DNA from: the human T2T-CHM13v2.0 reference genome, Homo sapiens | Strand: one strand, 5' to 3' | Assembly (NCBI RefSeq): GCF_009914755.1 | Contig: NC_060926.1 | DNA: 64,000 nucleotides | In this document: positions 1 to 14,445 of the stretch, one piece after another | Layout: every line of letters starts with the position of its first letter | Position numbering within the stretch: position 1 is the first letter of the stretch | Translations under genes and position numbers: made by a program | The notes under the pieces: model-generated | What the model saw: the letters and a program-made list of their open reading frames with translations, nothing else | Told to the model about the DNA's origin: nothing | The model's database searches: none

Positions 1-3000
1 AATTAAGTTCTAAGCAAAGCACATAATTTATGAGAAGTCTCTGTGCTGATGACTCCCAAATCCCCATGCCCAGCCCTGACTTCTTACATGAGTTCTAGTG
101 CCATGTTTCCAGCTAGCAGGACACAGCTGCTTGGAGTTGGGCTATCATCTCGGCTCCCCAGGTGCAAATTGAACTCAACTCTTCCTCCCCAATGTTTTTT
201 CTTCCCAAATTCTTTTCTATCAAATGACCCATTATTATTCTAATCTTGCTGGCAAAAAGTGCTAGAAAGCTTGAATTTCTCTTTTTCGGCCCCTTGTGCC
301 AAGGCCTGTGAAGTTTTTCTGAAGCCATCCTCTTCTCCATCATCCTGCTGAATCTGCATCTTTCCAAATCTTCCCTCTCCTCCACCCCAGATTCCTGACC
401 CCAGTCCCTACATGCTAATCCAGACCACACACCATTGCCAGTTTCATCTTCCTAAAATGCTATTTACATCAGGCCTTTGATGGCTGCCTGTTTCCTGCTG
501 CAAGAAAGTCAAACACCCTCTGCTTGCTCTCCAAGGTCCTGGCCCCATCCTGCCCATCCAACTGTACTTACCGACATAAAATCTCTTCTCCAAACTGAGA
601 GGGCCCAGTAGAGCATGAGGCTCATTTTAGGCACTACAGGAAGACAAACTGGACTGACCTTGTGCTCCATACTCTGTGGTCCCCACCTGGAACGCTATTC
701 CTCTTTCATCCTGACTATTCCAAACCCTACTCCTCCAAAACCCATCAAGCTTCAGCTCCATCAGGAAGCCTGTACTCACCAATCCTACTCACTGTTCTTT
801 GCCCGAAGACATTTAGCTCTTAAGCTCACACCATCTAGTATTATTTTAAAGTATGTAGTATAATGCTCACAGTGCTTTTGATTTTACAGTGCACTAACCT
901 ATGCATATAATCTTATCTGATCCCCTCAACCTGGTGGGGTTGGTATCATCCCTGCACTTAACTAGGACCCAGAGAGTTTAAATGAAGATCATGAAACTAA
1001 CTGATGATGGTGTCAAGTCTTGAATCCCCAAATGCTGACTCAAAATCCTATATTTTTTGTTTACCTCATTAGACTTTAAGTCTTTAAAGTCAGGGACTAC
1101 ATCTTGTAATTATTGCCTGTTACCCTATAGAACCGTACAAAGTCCTGAACGCATGGAAAGTCTCAGGGACTATTTGTAGAATGAAGAATTGGAATTAAGG
1201 AAAAAGTCAGTGAACCATTAAGAATTGGGCAAGTGAATGTATAAACACAAGCTGTATTCACTGGGACATGGGCTATGAAAGATAGAAAGAACTTGCTCAG
1301 ATAGTCCTTTTAATATACCACATTTATATCCCTCATTCATTCCTTTTTTCTTCCTTCACTGATTCAGCAAATATTTACTGAGCGCCTACTACGTCCCTCA
1401 TCTGAGACAGATGAGTCAAACACTCCCTTGTCCCTCAGTCCCAACCCTAACATAAACCCTACCCAAATAAGGAAGAGAAAATAGTTTTTATGTATGTATG
1501 TAAGTAGGTAGATATTTATTTATCAGTTGGTCTATCAATCAATTGATTGATTGCCTCTGTTCACACAATTGGCTATAATGATTGGAACAGAAAACCATAA
1601 CAAAGCAGCTCTGGTGAGTTTACTATATATCCAGAAAAGCATCAAAATAATTTGGGTTTTCCTTTGGGGTAGAAAGAAAAATAAATGTTCTTAATCTAGT
1701 CATGGTCTTTAAAGCATATTAGAGGTAAGCAGCTCTTATCATAATTTACCAATTACATAAGAATCAGAGAAGGTGATGATTTCTTATTACTGCTTTATGA
1801 AATTCTAACGGACCCTGCAACTGTTTATAGAAATAACACCTTCCCAGTCATGCTTCAGCATCAGCCCAGGAAATAGGTTAGAATCATAGGATTTTAATAT
1901 GAAAAGGACAGAGATTAGAACTCACTTATTTGATATTACAGAAACAAAGACTCAGGAAGTTTAGGTGATTTGCCCAGATTAAAAAAGAATAACTTGGTAT
2001 ATTCTAAAATGAAAACCTAATCTCACAACTCCTGGTCGAGAACTCTCTTCCCTCTTTCCACTGCTTCAACTCACATTACAGTTTTTAAATTTTCCTAGTT
2101 AGTTATTGAAATAGGGTTTTTTTCTGCTGTGAAATTAAAAGATCTTACAATGAATATCCTGACTTTGGAAATATTATTTATGATTTAATTAAAATCCTTC
2201 AACATGAATAAATAAATAAACAAAAGATTCGCTGGTTCAATATGGAATCCTTAGGCAATGCATAATGGGACAGGATTGGTTTTCTGGTAACTTTCACTCT
2301 TAGAGCAAAACAGCTGCTCCAGTGCTCAATATCTAAAGAATTATATTGTGACCCTCATTTATTTAGTTATATTTTCCACAAGATAAACTCTAACTGTGAG
2401 AATAGTTAGATCTCAGCAAAAATGAGATAGAAAGGAAGCCACAAAAAATAATGAGGGGAAACCCCTTTATTAATAACAACATCAATAATAATAAAACAGA
2501 AGATAATGGATAATATCTTCAGTGCTCTAACCATGTCACAGATGCTACACTAAACTCTTCTTAAAATTTACCTCATTTACTCCTCAAAAGAACCCTATAA
2601 AGCAAGTACTATAATTTTACAGATAAGGATGCTAAGACCAGAAAAACTATTTTCATATTAGCTTAAGAATGTCTGGAGCTGGGTGTCAAACCTAGAACTA
2701 ATTCCAGATTCTGCTTCCTTAACACAATGTAATATCCTCTCCTTTCAGAAGTACAGGGGTTAACGAATGTTCAGAGTTCTTTAAACAAAACAAAACAAGA
2801 AACCCACCTTTCTGAGCCTGTTCCTGATGATAATTGAGTGTGAGGTTGAGTAGAGAATTACACTCTGTCTGGGGGATTACACTTCTATCAGGATTTACAG
2901 AGCTGAAGCAAGATAATTCTCCCTCCTTCTGTTTTAACAGTAAATGTCTTCAGTAAAATGGGAATAAATGATACACATACACATGCACATATAAAATACT

Positions 3001-3475
3001 TTGCATCTGATAAAGGAGAGGACATGTGGGTTGTGGGTCCTTCTCCAGATGCCACCACACCACTCAGATATGAAAAATGCAAACACAATTTTGTGCTGCA
3101 AAGTAATTTCTTGATGTTATCAAACATTCTCATTACTTATCAAGGGTCATTTACCACTTCTACTCTATTCTGATTTTTCACATTTTCTGTTTTCTGAAAT
3201 GCAAACACCACTGCTTGTGATGGATCCCTTAAAGTGCTTCTGATTCACATAGGTCAGCATGTTCATGTAAATTAGACTTAAGTCTAAACTATGTTTCTTG
3301 CCTAAATATTTAAGCACATAAATAATCTCTGGTTATCCAGGCTGTCATTTTAAGCTATTTGACATTTATTGTTCTGAAGAGAAGAAAGGTCAGATATATC
3401 AAATCTGCATTTGTGCTTCATGACATTTTTCTCCAATCAGATTCTTCCAAATTATGGTGTCAAGATTAATACTAT

Positions 3476-3634
3476 GAAAGAAAGAAGGTAAGAGGGAAGG
3501 AAGAGAAGGAGGGAAAGGGAAAAGGAAAGGGAAAGGGAAGGGAAGGGGCAAGGAAAGAAGGAAGGAAAGAAGGAAGGGAGGAAGGAAGGAAGGAAGGGAG
3601 GGAGAGAGGGAGGGAAGGAGGGAGACAGAGAAGG
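3476..3634 (+). repeat. Polypurine GA-rich low-complexity tract (GGAA/GGGA/GAAA units)
   Basis: ~160 bp almost entirely A/G on the plus strand. Confidence 0.9.
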
Positions 3635-4866
3635 AATCCCTTTTCCTACCTAGCCAGCCACAGTGAAGCATTCTATTTAGTAAATTTTGTGCTTTCCCCC
3701 TTGGCTGCATTTGTCAAGCAGATGTGTGGGTCCAAGGGGGCTGGAGCATGAAGGGAAAGGCAGGATGCGAGGAATGGAAGGGGATGCATGGCTTTGTGAT
3801 CTGTTTAGCACAACCTTTGCTCATACTTCACAGAACAGATTGAGACCGCTGTCTGGCCCCACTCCTGGGCTCTCTGCCTTTCATCTCTGCATGGCCTTGG
3901 ATACATTTGTCTTCTCATCTCAGAGAAGGAGGTTGTTTTCCTTCTCTATTGTACCCCTGCCTGCAGTTCTGCCCATGCCTACCGCTAAACTGCAACAACA
4001 CAGGTTTCCCAGTTCAAGGGCCTCGCTATAGAGGGTCAGATCACAGGAGCAGAATGTTGTCCTCATCTGGGGCCATGCTTTAAGAGGAGAGGGCGTGTGG
4101 GGCAGGGGGGAAGAAGCAGGCTCAGTGAGCACTGTGAAACCTGTGGTGAATGAGGAAAAGTGACAAGGGGGCTAGAGACGTTTGTTTCCTTCCCAGCATG
4201 TATCATCATTTCTCATTATATATTTATTTGTTCATTTGCACATTTAATATTCTTCCCTCACCATTCTATAAATCCCATGCGGGCAAAGCCCATGTCTGTT
4301 TTGTTCATTGCTGTCTGTGCAGCATCTAGTACAGTGTCTAACATACTGAAGCTGCCCAATAATTATTTGTTGAATTAATGATTTTTTAAAGAAAAGGGAT
4401 AGGAGAGAAAGAGGAGGAGAATGAAAAGAAGGAGGAGACAAAGAAAAATATATAGGATATGTGGGATAACTGACTTCAAATGTTTGAAGGACCCTCATGT
4501 TGGGGAGAAGTTAATACTTGTCAGCCAAACTACAGTCACAAGTAAAAGACATAAGACAGAGAGATCATAGATGTGGAGTTAAACAGGCTGAAATTCAAAT
4601 ACCAGATCCTTCACTTACTGGCTGTGCAACCTGGATCGTGTTATCTGACCTCTCTGAGCATCAGTTTCTTTATTTGCAAAAACGAAAAGAGTACTAAAAT
4701 CATAAAACTACCACATTATAGTGAGGACTAAATAAAGCAGTCTATGTCAAACTGTTCAATGGTAGCTGTTATCATTAAATTACAGAGGAATAGAATTTGA
4801 CCACTATTAAATATTTTCCCAACAGACTTGTCCAACAGGTAACAGGGAAGCCTTGGAAAATAGTGA

Positions 4867-5061
<195 letters not shown>

Positions 5062-6245
5062 TAAATAAGATTGAATGAACTCTATTTTAAGAGGAAACTC
5101 CAGAAGCAGACAGGGCCCTAGATATAACGGCATCTAAGTCCTGTATAAGAGTCTGCACCTAGATTGAATGGTTTTGCTATACAATTATCCTCTCTCTTTC
5201 AGATACCTGAAATCTTTTCTCTTTAGCTTTTTCCCTCCTGATTTTCAACATTAAGAGGTTTGCTATCATAAAACATGTTTCCTCCATGCTGCTGAACCCT
5301 CTGACATCACTGATATTTCATTCTCTTTCTCTTCTTTCTTTCAAAGACTTCTTAAATGACTACTTAAACACGTTTTGCTTCTATTTCTTCAGCACTCTCT
5401 CTAAACTTCCTTCTGCCTGTTCCTGCTCTGTACAAGACACTCCGTGAATTGCTCTTGGTCCAACACAATGGTCTCTCCACTCCATCTGCCTTGCTGAGCT
5501 TCTATAACACCACATGATCCACAGAGGCCTCTGTTCCTTCTTGTAAGAAAATTCTTTCTGGTGATGTCATTGACTCCATTCTACTGTCTAATTATGAACT
5601 TTCCTAAATCTAAGCTGTGACCTTCCTTCTTTCCTCTCTCTACGTCCTCTGGAAAACTCATCTCTTTTTTTCAAGGATTAAATTACCACGTGCATGTAAA
5701 TAGCTCCCACATCGATATCTTCAGCCTTGACCTCTTCCCCATTCCTGCTTCAGGCCCATGCTTTCATGTGCATCCCAGATACCCTCATCTTTGGATGGAT
5801 GCCACACTAGAATTATTGTCATGCCAACCACTTGCCCCTCAAACCAGATCCTCTTCCCAACTGTCTTCTTTATCAGTAAACCATAAGTCTTCAAGGTTCC
5901 AAAACCTTAGACTTTTGACTCCTTCTCATTTGTTCCTCTTATATCTGGGCATCTATTGGCCCAGCTCTGACTCTTTCATTGCTTATTTGGTGTAATAGCT
6001 TCACGGGGCTCCAACACTAGCCCTCTCTACATCCAGGCCTGAGACCCACACTAAAATACATTTCCTGAATAATCTGCAGTCAACACGCAGTCAAAATGCA
6101 TCTCCCCTACTCAAGACCTAAATAGGTTCAGATTTCTCTAGCATCAAATCAAAATTCCAGACACAAAAAGCCAGGCTAACCTCTAGTTCAGAATATCTGA
6201 CCTAGCACCTTAGAGCTCTCTGCTCTGGCTGGTTCTACTCTCCAG

Positions 6246-6247
<2 letters not shown>

Positions 6248-6277
<30 letters not shown>
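6248..6277 (+). repeat. (CA)15 microsatellite
   Basis: Direct reading. Confidence 0.95.
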
Positions 6278-6278
<1 letters not shown>

Positions 6279-7099
6279 TGTCTATCTGCCTTTCTGTCTC
6301 TCTGTCTCTCCTTTCTCTTCTCTTTCCTCTCTCCCTTTCTCTAGCCAATTGTTCTTCATCTGGGCATTATTTTGGCTCTTGCCCCAACTCAGAAGATCCT
6401 TTGTCCTTCTCTTTTGAAGTAAAAAGCTGCACTCTCTCCAAGACCCTATTCTCAAATTACCTCCTTCTGGAAGTGTTTTTATTTTTTACTCACTTCTATC
6501 TCAGTCTCAAAAGGAAACCATCATTCTCAGCAGATATCCTTTGACCTGACTCCCTGCCAAAAGGCAATAAGCTTATTGTTTCTAAAATTCCAGAGCTATA
6601 GTTTCCTGTCTCAGAGAAACTTTACCTCTCCCATAATGCACTGAAAACTACTGCTCATCTGCCTTTAAGGGAATGCTTTTGAGATTTGGAGGTACAGCAT
6701 GAAACTCTCCTTAATCACCCCAGCAGGAATTGACCTCTCCAACCCTCTATCCAACTACTATAACCAGCTGCACCATTTGTTTAGCATTCAAGTGCTGCCT
6801 TTTATTGGAGTTATTTATTAGCATACTTTGTCTGCCTTTTCTCCTCCAACTAGTTTGTGAACTCCTGGGAGGAAGAGACTGTACTTCATTCAACTTGGCA
6901 AGTGCTCAATTTAAAAGAAAAAAAAACTAAACCAATAAATAAGCATTTCCTCAGGCAAAAATTCAAACTTATAGATCTCCATTAAAAGGATTCCCTTGTC
7001 TAATTTCTCTTTGGTGCGCACCTCCCATGGAGATCTATATGGTATCTCAGGAGACAAGCTAGTATGACCTAGATCCCAAAGCTTATCATATAGGCTCCT

Positions 7100-7443
7100 G
7101 GCCATGATACAAGAACTAGCACTGCATGATCCTTCCTACCATGAATAACTGTAAAACTGACAAAATATTTGAAAGAAACTGTGGAATAATCAGCAACACA
7201 GGACTATAATCCTTGAAAGAGTGAGAATGTATGTGGTGGGCCCTAGCACTGTTCTGATTTTTTGCCTAGAGGCATTTACCAGACTCTGACACAGGAAAGA
7301 GAAGGCCAAAAAGAGCATAGTGGCCTCAGTGACTTGAGGTCATAGAGATTGGTGTCTAGAAAGGCTGAAGCAGCTCGAATTTCCAGGGAGCAAACCAGAG
7401 AAGGCACAACTAGACACACATACACACACAGAGAGAGACAGAC

Positions 7444-7489
<46 letters not shown>

Positions 7490-8860
7490 CTCCACAAAAC
7501 TGCCTAGAAGTCCTCTTGAGTCTTTGGCTAAATATTAAGTTGTGCATTCATACAGTGAGATTCCACAAGACTAAGCAAAGAGCAGCTACCAAGTAAAGAA
7601 TAGCTATCAGGGAACTGTAAGCCAAACAATTTCTACAGCTCATACATGGAATTGGGAAATGTTTTTTAAGTGTGTAAGAACCAGAGAGGAGAGACCTCAT
7701 TGAATACCTTTGAATACCCGAGGCATGTGATGGAGACTCCAGAAAGGCCAAACCTTAAGAGGAGGCTTAAACTAACCATAGAATAAAGACTTCTCTAAAC
7801 TCCCTCAAACAAAGCTTGACAATAATCCTTGAAAGTATAAAATTGATGGACAAGTCAATTAACTGTCAAAGAAAATTCAAAAGTCTTTCAATGAAGACAA
7901 AAATGTCCACACATTCAGCAATGGAATATTCATAATGCACCACACCAAAAAAAAAAAAAAAAACAACTGCAAGGTATGCAAAGAAGCAGGAAAATGTGAC
8001 CTATTTCCAAGAGAAAAACTGATCAATATAAGTAGACATAGAAATGATAGAAATACTATAATTAGTGGAAAGGAACTTTAAAATAGCTGTTATACGTGTT
8101 CAAGGACTTAGAGAAAGACATAAACATAATGAAGATAGAAATAAAAATGGAAGCAGAAATTCTAGAGCTGAAAATCAATACAGTATCTAAAGTGAAAACT
8201 TATTACATGGGCTGGTTTATTAGCACATTAGACACTATAGAAGAAAAGAGGGTGAACTTCAAAATATGCAATAAAAACTATGCAGACTGAAATACAGAGA
8301 GAAAAGGGGCTGAGAAAAAAAATGAACAGACCCTTAATAAAGTACGGGAACCATAAAAGTATAGCACAATTGTAATTGAATTCTTAGAAAGGAGGAGCAG
8401 AAAACAATTTTTTTAAAAATTTCCAAATGTGATGAAAAATATAAAGAGAACCAAGAGTCTATCAACAAATTGCTAGGAGGAAAAACACAAAGCAAATTAC
8501 ATAAGGGCACATCATTAATCAAATTTCTAAAATCCTATGATAAAAAGAAAATCCTAAGGAAGGCAGAAGGTGGGAAAGACATAACAGGAAACAGGTAAAG
8601 AGCATCTCTGACTCAGGAAATTCTCTGACTCACTGGAAATAATGCAAACCATGTAACAATGGAGCAACAGCATTAAAGTGCTATCCACCTGAAAGTATAC
8701 CCAGTGAAAATCTTTTTCTGAAATGAAAGCAAAATAAAGTCACTTTCAGCAAACAAAAGCTGAGATAATTTAAATACAGAATAGCACAACATTAAATATT
8801 AAAGGCTAAAGGAAAAAATTACAGATGGAAACTCTGATTCAACATAGAAATGAGAAACTC
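7100..8860 (+). mobile_element. Ancient L1 (L1M-type) 5' region with degraded ORF1
   Basis: ORF 8096..8290 (EILELKINTVSKVK...ISTLDTIEEKRVNFK) resembles the L1 ORF1p coiled coil. 8697-8770 resembles the ORF1 C-terminal YPAKLSFKNEGEIKTFSDKQKLREF motif. A-rich plus strand. Confidence 0.7.
7412..7486 (+). repeat. Compound (CA)/(GACA)/(GA)n microsatellite
   Basis: Direct reading. Confidence 0.95.
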
Positions 8861-8869
8861 CAAGTGCAG

Positions 8870-10640
8870 CCAAGATGAAATAAGCCCACAAAGTCCTGTT
8901 CATCCTGTTCTTTACAACCGAAATACTCTGGACGAAACAACAACAACAACAACAACAAGAAAAACAAAAAATGACTACTGGGGACTCTGAAAAGTAAAAT
9001 CAGGAACATTGAGGAAGAGAGTCAAAACCTGAAAAAAGCAATTCATATGAAGGCAAGTCTTCTGTTTTTACCTCTTTTGTCTGTGAACTGAATGCAGGCA
9101 CCCAGAAAATCTGTGGTGGTAGCACCATGGACAGCTAAGGGGCCCAAAGCAATCTTTTCTTTCTCACCCAAAGGACAGGGAAAGGAACTTTATGATTCAG
9201 TGAGTGCAGAGGAAAATCTACATTTACTTGTTTTTTCCTTCTTATCTCATGATGGTGACCCTTCAGTAGAGCCAGCATAGCTGCTGATAGAAACCCTCAA
9301 ATAGAAACCCTGGTAGAAACCACAACTTTCAGGATAAAGGACTGGGAAAGGGGTCCCTTCAGTCCAAAGGGTATGGAGGGAATCCCCATTTTGTTTCTCT
9401 TTATCATCTCTCTACTTTCATCTGCTTTATCATCTCTCTGCTGTCATCTCTCAAGGGCAACCCTAAATGCAGGATCTGTGCAGCAATAATACAGGTAGGT
9501 AAAACTCTAAGTTTAAGGAGAATCCTAAAGAGAGCTGGAGAAGGAAATATGCTAATTCGCTGACGGAACTGGCCAAGGGCCTCAGCTCACCTGAGTGGCA
9601 GAGGTGTGGACAGACTCAAAGCAGAATAACAAAGGCTTTGAGAACAAAGCAAAGGTTCAAACCACACCCAACTCAGACCAAACAATGTAATGTACAAAAT
9701 TTGCAGGATACAATCTCAAATTACTCAACATAAAAGAAAAAAAATGACTAATTCTTAAGAGGAAAGATATCATATGCCAATAATAAGATCATCCAGATGT
9801 TGGAATTATCAAAGACGTGAAAGAAGCTGTTATGACCATGTCCCAGAAGGTGAAAGTAAACACTCTGGAAAATGAATGGAAAGGTAGTTCTCATCAAGAA
9901 ACAGAAGTCATTGTCAAATATGAAACATTTAAACTGGAAACTAAAATATCTAAAGTAAATAATTATATCAGAATGGAGATAACAGAGGAAAGAGTCAATC
10001 AACTTGAGGATAGGTCAATAGAAATTGTTCAATCTACAGAACAAAGAGAAAAATTTCAAAAAAAGAAATTAGCAGCGTCTCAAGAGCATGGGAGATCTAA
10101 CAGGTGTGTAATCAGAGTCTCAGGAGAGGAATATATTGGTGCAGGAAAAAAAGGAGAAAATAATAATTGAAAAATCCCATTTGATGAAAGACATAAACTT
10201 ATAGACTCAAGAGTCTCAAAAAACTACAAACAGGATAAAGTCAAATAAAACCATGCAGAGATACATCATAATCAAATTCTGAAAACCAAAAGCCAAGAAA
10301 AAAATATTGAAAGCAATTACAAAAAGGAACAACAATGTAATGGCAGATTGCTCATCACAAACTATGAAGGACACAGGAACAAAATAGTTAAAGTGTGGAA
10401 AGAAAGGAACTGTCAATGCATAATTCTGAACCTAGTAAAAATATCCTTCAGGAACTAAGAGAATTTATCGTCAATAGTCTTATTCTAATGGAAATGCAAA
10501 AAAAGACCTCTTTAGGCTGAAGGGAAATAATAAAATAGGAAATATTGAAACTTGAGGAAAAGGGAAGAGCAAAAGAAATGGTATATATCTGGATAGCTAT
10601 AAAGGACTATTTTTCTATTTAAAAGTTATTTAAAACACGC
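8870..10640 (+). mobile_element. Second ancient L1 (L1M-type) 5' region with degraded ORF1
   Basis: ORF 9817..10170 (EITEERVNQLEDRSIEIVQSTEQREK) is a typical ORF1p coiled-coil end. It is followed by RRM/CTD-like DNA (atacatcataatcaaattctgaaaaccaaa..., cctagtaaaaatatccttcagg). Confidence 0.72.
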
Positions 10641-12479
10641 ATGACTGGCATATATATATATTTTATTTATAATACATATATAAATATACAGGCTTAGCAA
10701 GTTTAAGAGAGTTGTAGAAGATTGCAAAGCTAACAAAAGATAAAGAACATCATAGAATTCATGTCTTCGAGCTCCTAATCTAGTGTTCTCCTCACCACAG
10801 AACACTTACTTTACTTATCTGGGCTTAAAAGAGTCCTTTCCATGCTCACCCTCATGAACTCACATTCCAATGAAAACTAAATAAAAGATAAGTAGGGGTC
10901 AAAGAAAAATATAACCAATGGTTCAATCTATCCTCATTTCCTTTGGCTAGTTTCCTGATTTCTTTAAGCCTGCCTAGATTTCCCTTGTCCTCTAACTTCA
11001 TACCTTTTTCATACCTTCCTTTAGCTTTATTCTTACTCTAAGGATTTCTGACTGCCTACCACTGCATGCACCTGTTGTTAGTCAGAAAGGTAAGGTGCAA
11101 GAAAAAAAAAAGACTCTTAAATAACCAAGGGATTGGGTGTATCTTCCCCAAGGGAGATCTTCTCTGCCCACTTTCTGGAATATGTACACCACAACACAAA
11201 GCGAATCTGATAGAATTTCCCTGGGAAAGGACCCAAGCTCAGAACAGCCAGCTGAAAAATTCATCACAAAATTTACTGAAGAAAAATAAGCTATTCTGAA
11301 AAATACAATTAATCAAAAAGCATACTGAAGAATGCCTCCAACCTCCTCCACTACCTCACCACCAGGCCAACACTCCCTGCTTACATCTTGACCTGTGTGA
11401 AAGAGCCCTGGTCATCACAAGGTTAAGAAACATTGGCCACACCCTAGACCACAGAGCAACACAATGGCTGTAAAGAAGAAGGACTCCTTGATAGCTTTAT
11501 TCTCAGCTCTCTCCACATGATCCTAGACCTACAACCATCCTCACCCACACGCCTTATTTTTTATCTACTCCCAAGTAGAAATGATGTTCATGTGCATCTT
11601 TTGGAGGCAATGGCTCAGCTATGGTTCATAGAAACCACCATGTACAAAATGTTCTGTGGTTCTTAGCCTCTTTTTTTAGATTGAGGGATCTTCCTGAGGC
11701 AGCCTCCCACTCAAGTCCCTGGGTTATACGTCTCCAGGGAGTCTCAAAGTTTAACTGCTCTTAATGTGCTCAGGTCCATTAACCAGTTGGTAATTTACAT
11801 TTCTCTCCATATTCTCCACTTGGCAATGAAGGGTGATGCTGAAAATACAGAAAGAACACATCTTCAGCTAATTAAAATAAAAGAGTTACCAGAGGCCAGT
11901 AGCCCAGTGCCTCTAGACCTGGACAGAGCACTCTCAGTTAAGAAACGTCTGCCATCTGAAAATGATTCCGCTGTAACATCTCTATCTTGTTCTTCCTCCA
12001 TCTTAACTTTCATATTTTCATAAAGTTAAGCCTTGGTTTCCTTCTGTAGGAAAAAAGAACTGGATTGCGAATATGCTGGTGGACTCTTTGAACTGAATCC
12101 AAAGTCAAAAGGCTTACGAGAGGACATTAATTCATGGGGAGGAAGTAAATACCACACTTCAATCCTCCTTTCCATGCATATTTCTGAGAAAGTCGCCTTC
12201 CATGGTGAAATGGTAGAAACTACTACACTTATAACTCTCTTCATTTCCCATACATCCCACCTTTCATCTCTTAGGAGTAAGAAGCTAGTTGAATGGAGAA
12301 CAACAGCATCACAACTGCTGCTGCCAAGATTGCCACACATGGCCACACATAGAGATTACAACTCCAGATGGCACCATTCAGACAGACTAAAATGTATATG
12401 GAACCCCTAGAGTTGCAGAGTGCACAGCCTGCATGACCAGATGCTGGAGTGCAGCTGTTGCTATTATATAAAAAAACAA

Positions 12480-12680
12480 TAGTGGTTCATATTGATGAAG
12501 CACTTTATTTTGCATCAGGCATTGGGTTAAGGATTTGCACACATCATCTAATTTAATCCTCATGACAACACCTTGAACTATTACTATCCCCATTTAGGAA
12601 CATTTAAGAACTATTATATCCCTATTTTTCTAATGATAAAGCTGGGCCTCAATGATTTCAAGGAATTTTTCCAAGCCCTG
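12480..12680. mobile_element. MIR SINE
   Basis: catcatctaatttaatcctcatgacaacacc...attactatccccattt core. Confidence 0.6.
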
Positions 12681-13227
12681 GCTATTGCCCACCAAATATT
12701 TGTTGCATGGTCTTCTAGCAAGGATACTGGAAATTTTTTCACCTATTGACATGTCTTGCTCTTTGTAATCTGCACTTGGAGATGATTCCCTTAGTGGAAA
12801 GAACTCTGACTTGAAGGAAAGGGGAACTGTGGTTCTAGTCAGTATGAAAGTTTCCAGGTGTATACCATTTTGTGCTATATGACCTGGAAAAATATGGTCT
12901 GGATTCCAGTTACTTCATTTACAAAATAAAGCAAACATTTGTCCTGCCTACCATAGGATTAATAAGTAATAATAAATGTGAACATGCTTTATAAATTGTA
13001 AAGTTCCAAATAACCATAACAGGACACTAATAATGATTATAAAGAAAGGCAAAATTTCCTTTACAGGTCAGACTGGAAAAATTTCCATGTTGTGAGGTTG
13101 CCAGGCAGTGATCCTGAGTGGCAGGGCACTGAGACTTCTGCTGATCAACTCTCATTCTTTTCTTCTCCCACCTTCAGGCCAGTTCCTCCTGATTTTCAGC
13201 AGACCAACTTCCTTATAGATATTCCTT

Positions 13228-13486
13228 TCTCACTCTGTTGCCCAGGCTGAAGTGAGGTGGCACAATCTCAGCTCACTGAAACCTCCAACTCCCAGGTTCA
13301 AGCAACTCTCCTGAGTAGCTGGAACTAAGGCGCATGCCACAATGCCTGGCTAATTTTTTTATTTTTAGTAGAGACAGGGTTTCACCATGTTGGCCAGGCT
13401 GATCTCGAACTCCTGACCTCAAGTGATCTGCCCTCCTCGGCCTCCCAAAATGCTGGGATTACAGGCATGAGCCACTGCGGCCAGCC
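13228..13486 (-). mobile_element. Alu (AluS-type), tail-less, with a small internal deletion
   Basis: Both arms present with linker ctaatttttttatttttagtagagacagggtttcacc; ends gagccactgcggccagcc. Degenerate flanking repeat tagatattcc/tagataccc. Confidence 0.9.
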
Positions 13487-14149
13487 TAGATACCCATTTT
13501 TATTAATAATCACACTCTCCTCCCATGCCTTACACAAAAACCCCTCATGGACCTTCTTTCTCTTTTAAAAATTTTTGAAATGTTAAATTGGATGTGGATG
13601 AACTTCATCTTTCAAATGGCAATATAGATTCTCAACATTTAAAGGGATTTTTAAGTAGCCAGTAGGAGTCCACCAAATCTAGAACTGATGGCATCTTCTC
13701 AAGACACAGGTCACCTTTTGCCCTGCTCAGTGATGCTTTGTCATATACCCTCACCCATAGATGTATCTTAGATACACAATTCTCTGGTGATTGTGCCTCC
13801 CAAACCCCTGGATATACAGATCGCACCCCAGAGAAATAATCTATGTTTAATTGGAGGGCAGGGAAGAATAAATTCAGTAATTTCAAAATATTTGTCATTA
13901 ACAATTTCTTAAGTGCTTCTCACCAACTTCAAAGATGTATATGCAATTCTTTTCTTTTCCTCTAAAAACACCAATGCCCAAAGGCTCCAGGGTTTGGATC
14001 ATAAAAAGGTTCTGATTCCTTCTGCCATTCTGCATCCCAGCTCTCTGTCCTGTTGTAGCTTCTCAATATGTGAAAATATAGAACTGATTAATTAGGAATG
14101 CTGGGACTTGTCTGACCCACATCTCACCTGACTCCCCACTCCATTGGAA

Positions 14150-14445
14150 TTCCATTCCATAGTCAGAGGAATATCAATGTCAGAAAACAAGGTTTCCCTG
14201 ATATCCAACCCGAAGTTTGCTTCTACAAGTATGATCCAATTACTTCCATGGGCCACGCTAAATAACTCCTCTCCTTCACTGCCACTCTCTCTCTTCAGAG
14301 ATTTGTAGATTGTTACCATGGCTTTCCCTTCATCGCCATTTAGCCCAGCCATATATATTTAATTCTTTTCATCTTTCATTGTAAATCAGTCCCTTCAACT
14401 GTTAAATCAGCTCTCTGCTCTTCTCTGGACTAGTTCCAATTCTCC
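14150..14445 (-). mobile_element. CR1/L3 LINE fragment (3' end of ORF2)
   Basis: The minus strand translates piecewise to LELVQRRA..LKGLIYNER.KELNIY and MVTIYKSLK..EGEELFSV..ANFGLDIRETLF. These match the CR1 ORF2 C-terminal signature LERVQRRA..GLSYEERLKEL...YKYLKG..LFS...FRLDIRKNFF. Confidence 0.75.

Noticed and set aside
3476-3634. GGAA-type tract as an EWS-FLI1-responsive microsatellite
   Set aside because: Consecutive perfect GGAA runs are short (about 4) and heavily interrupted.
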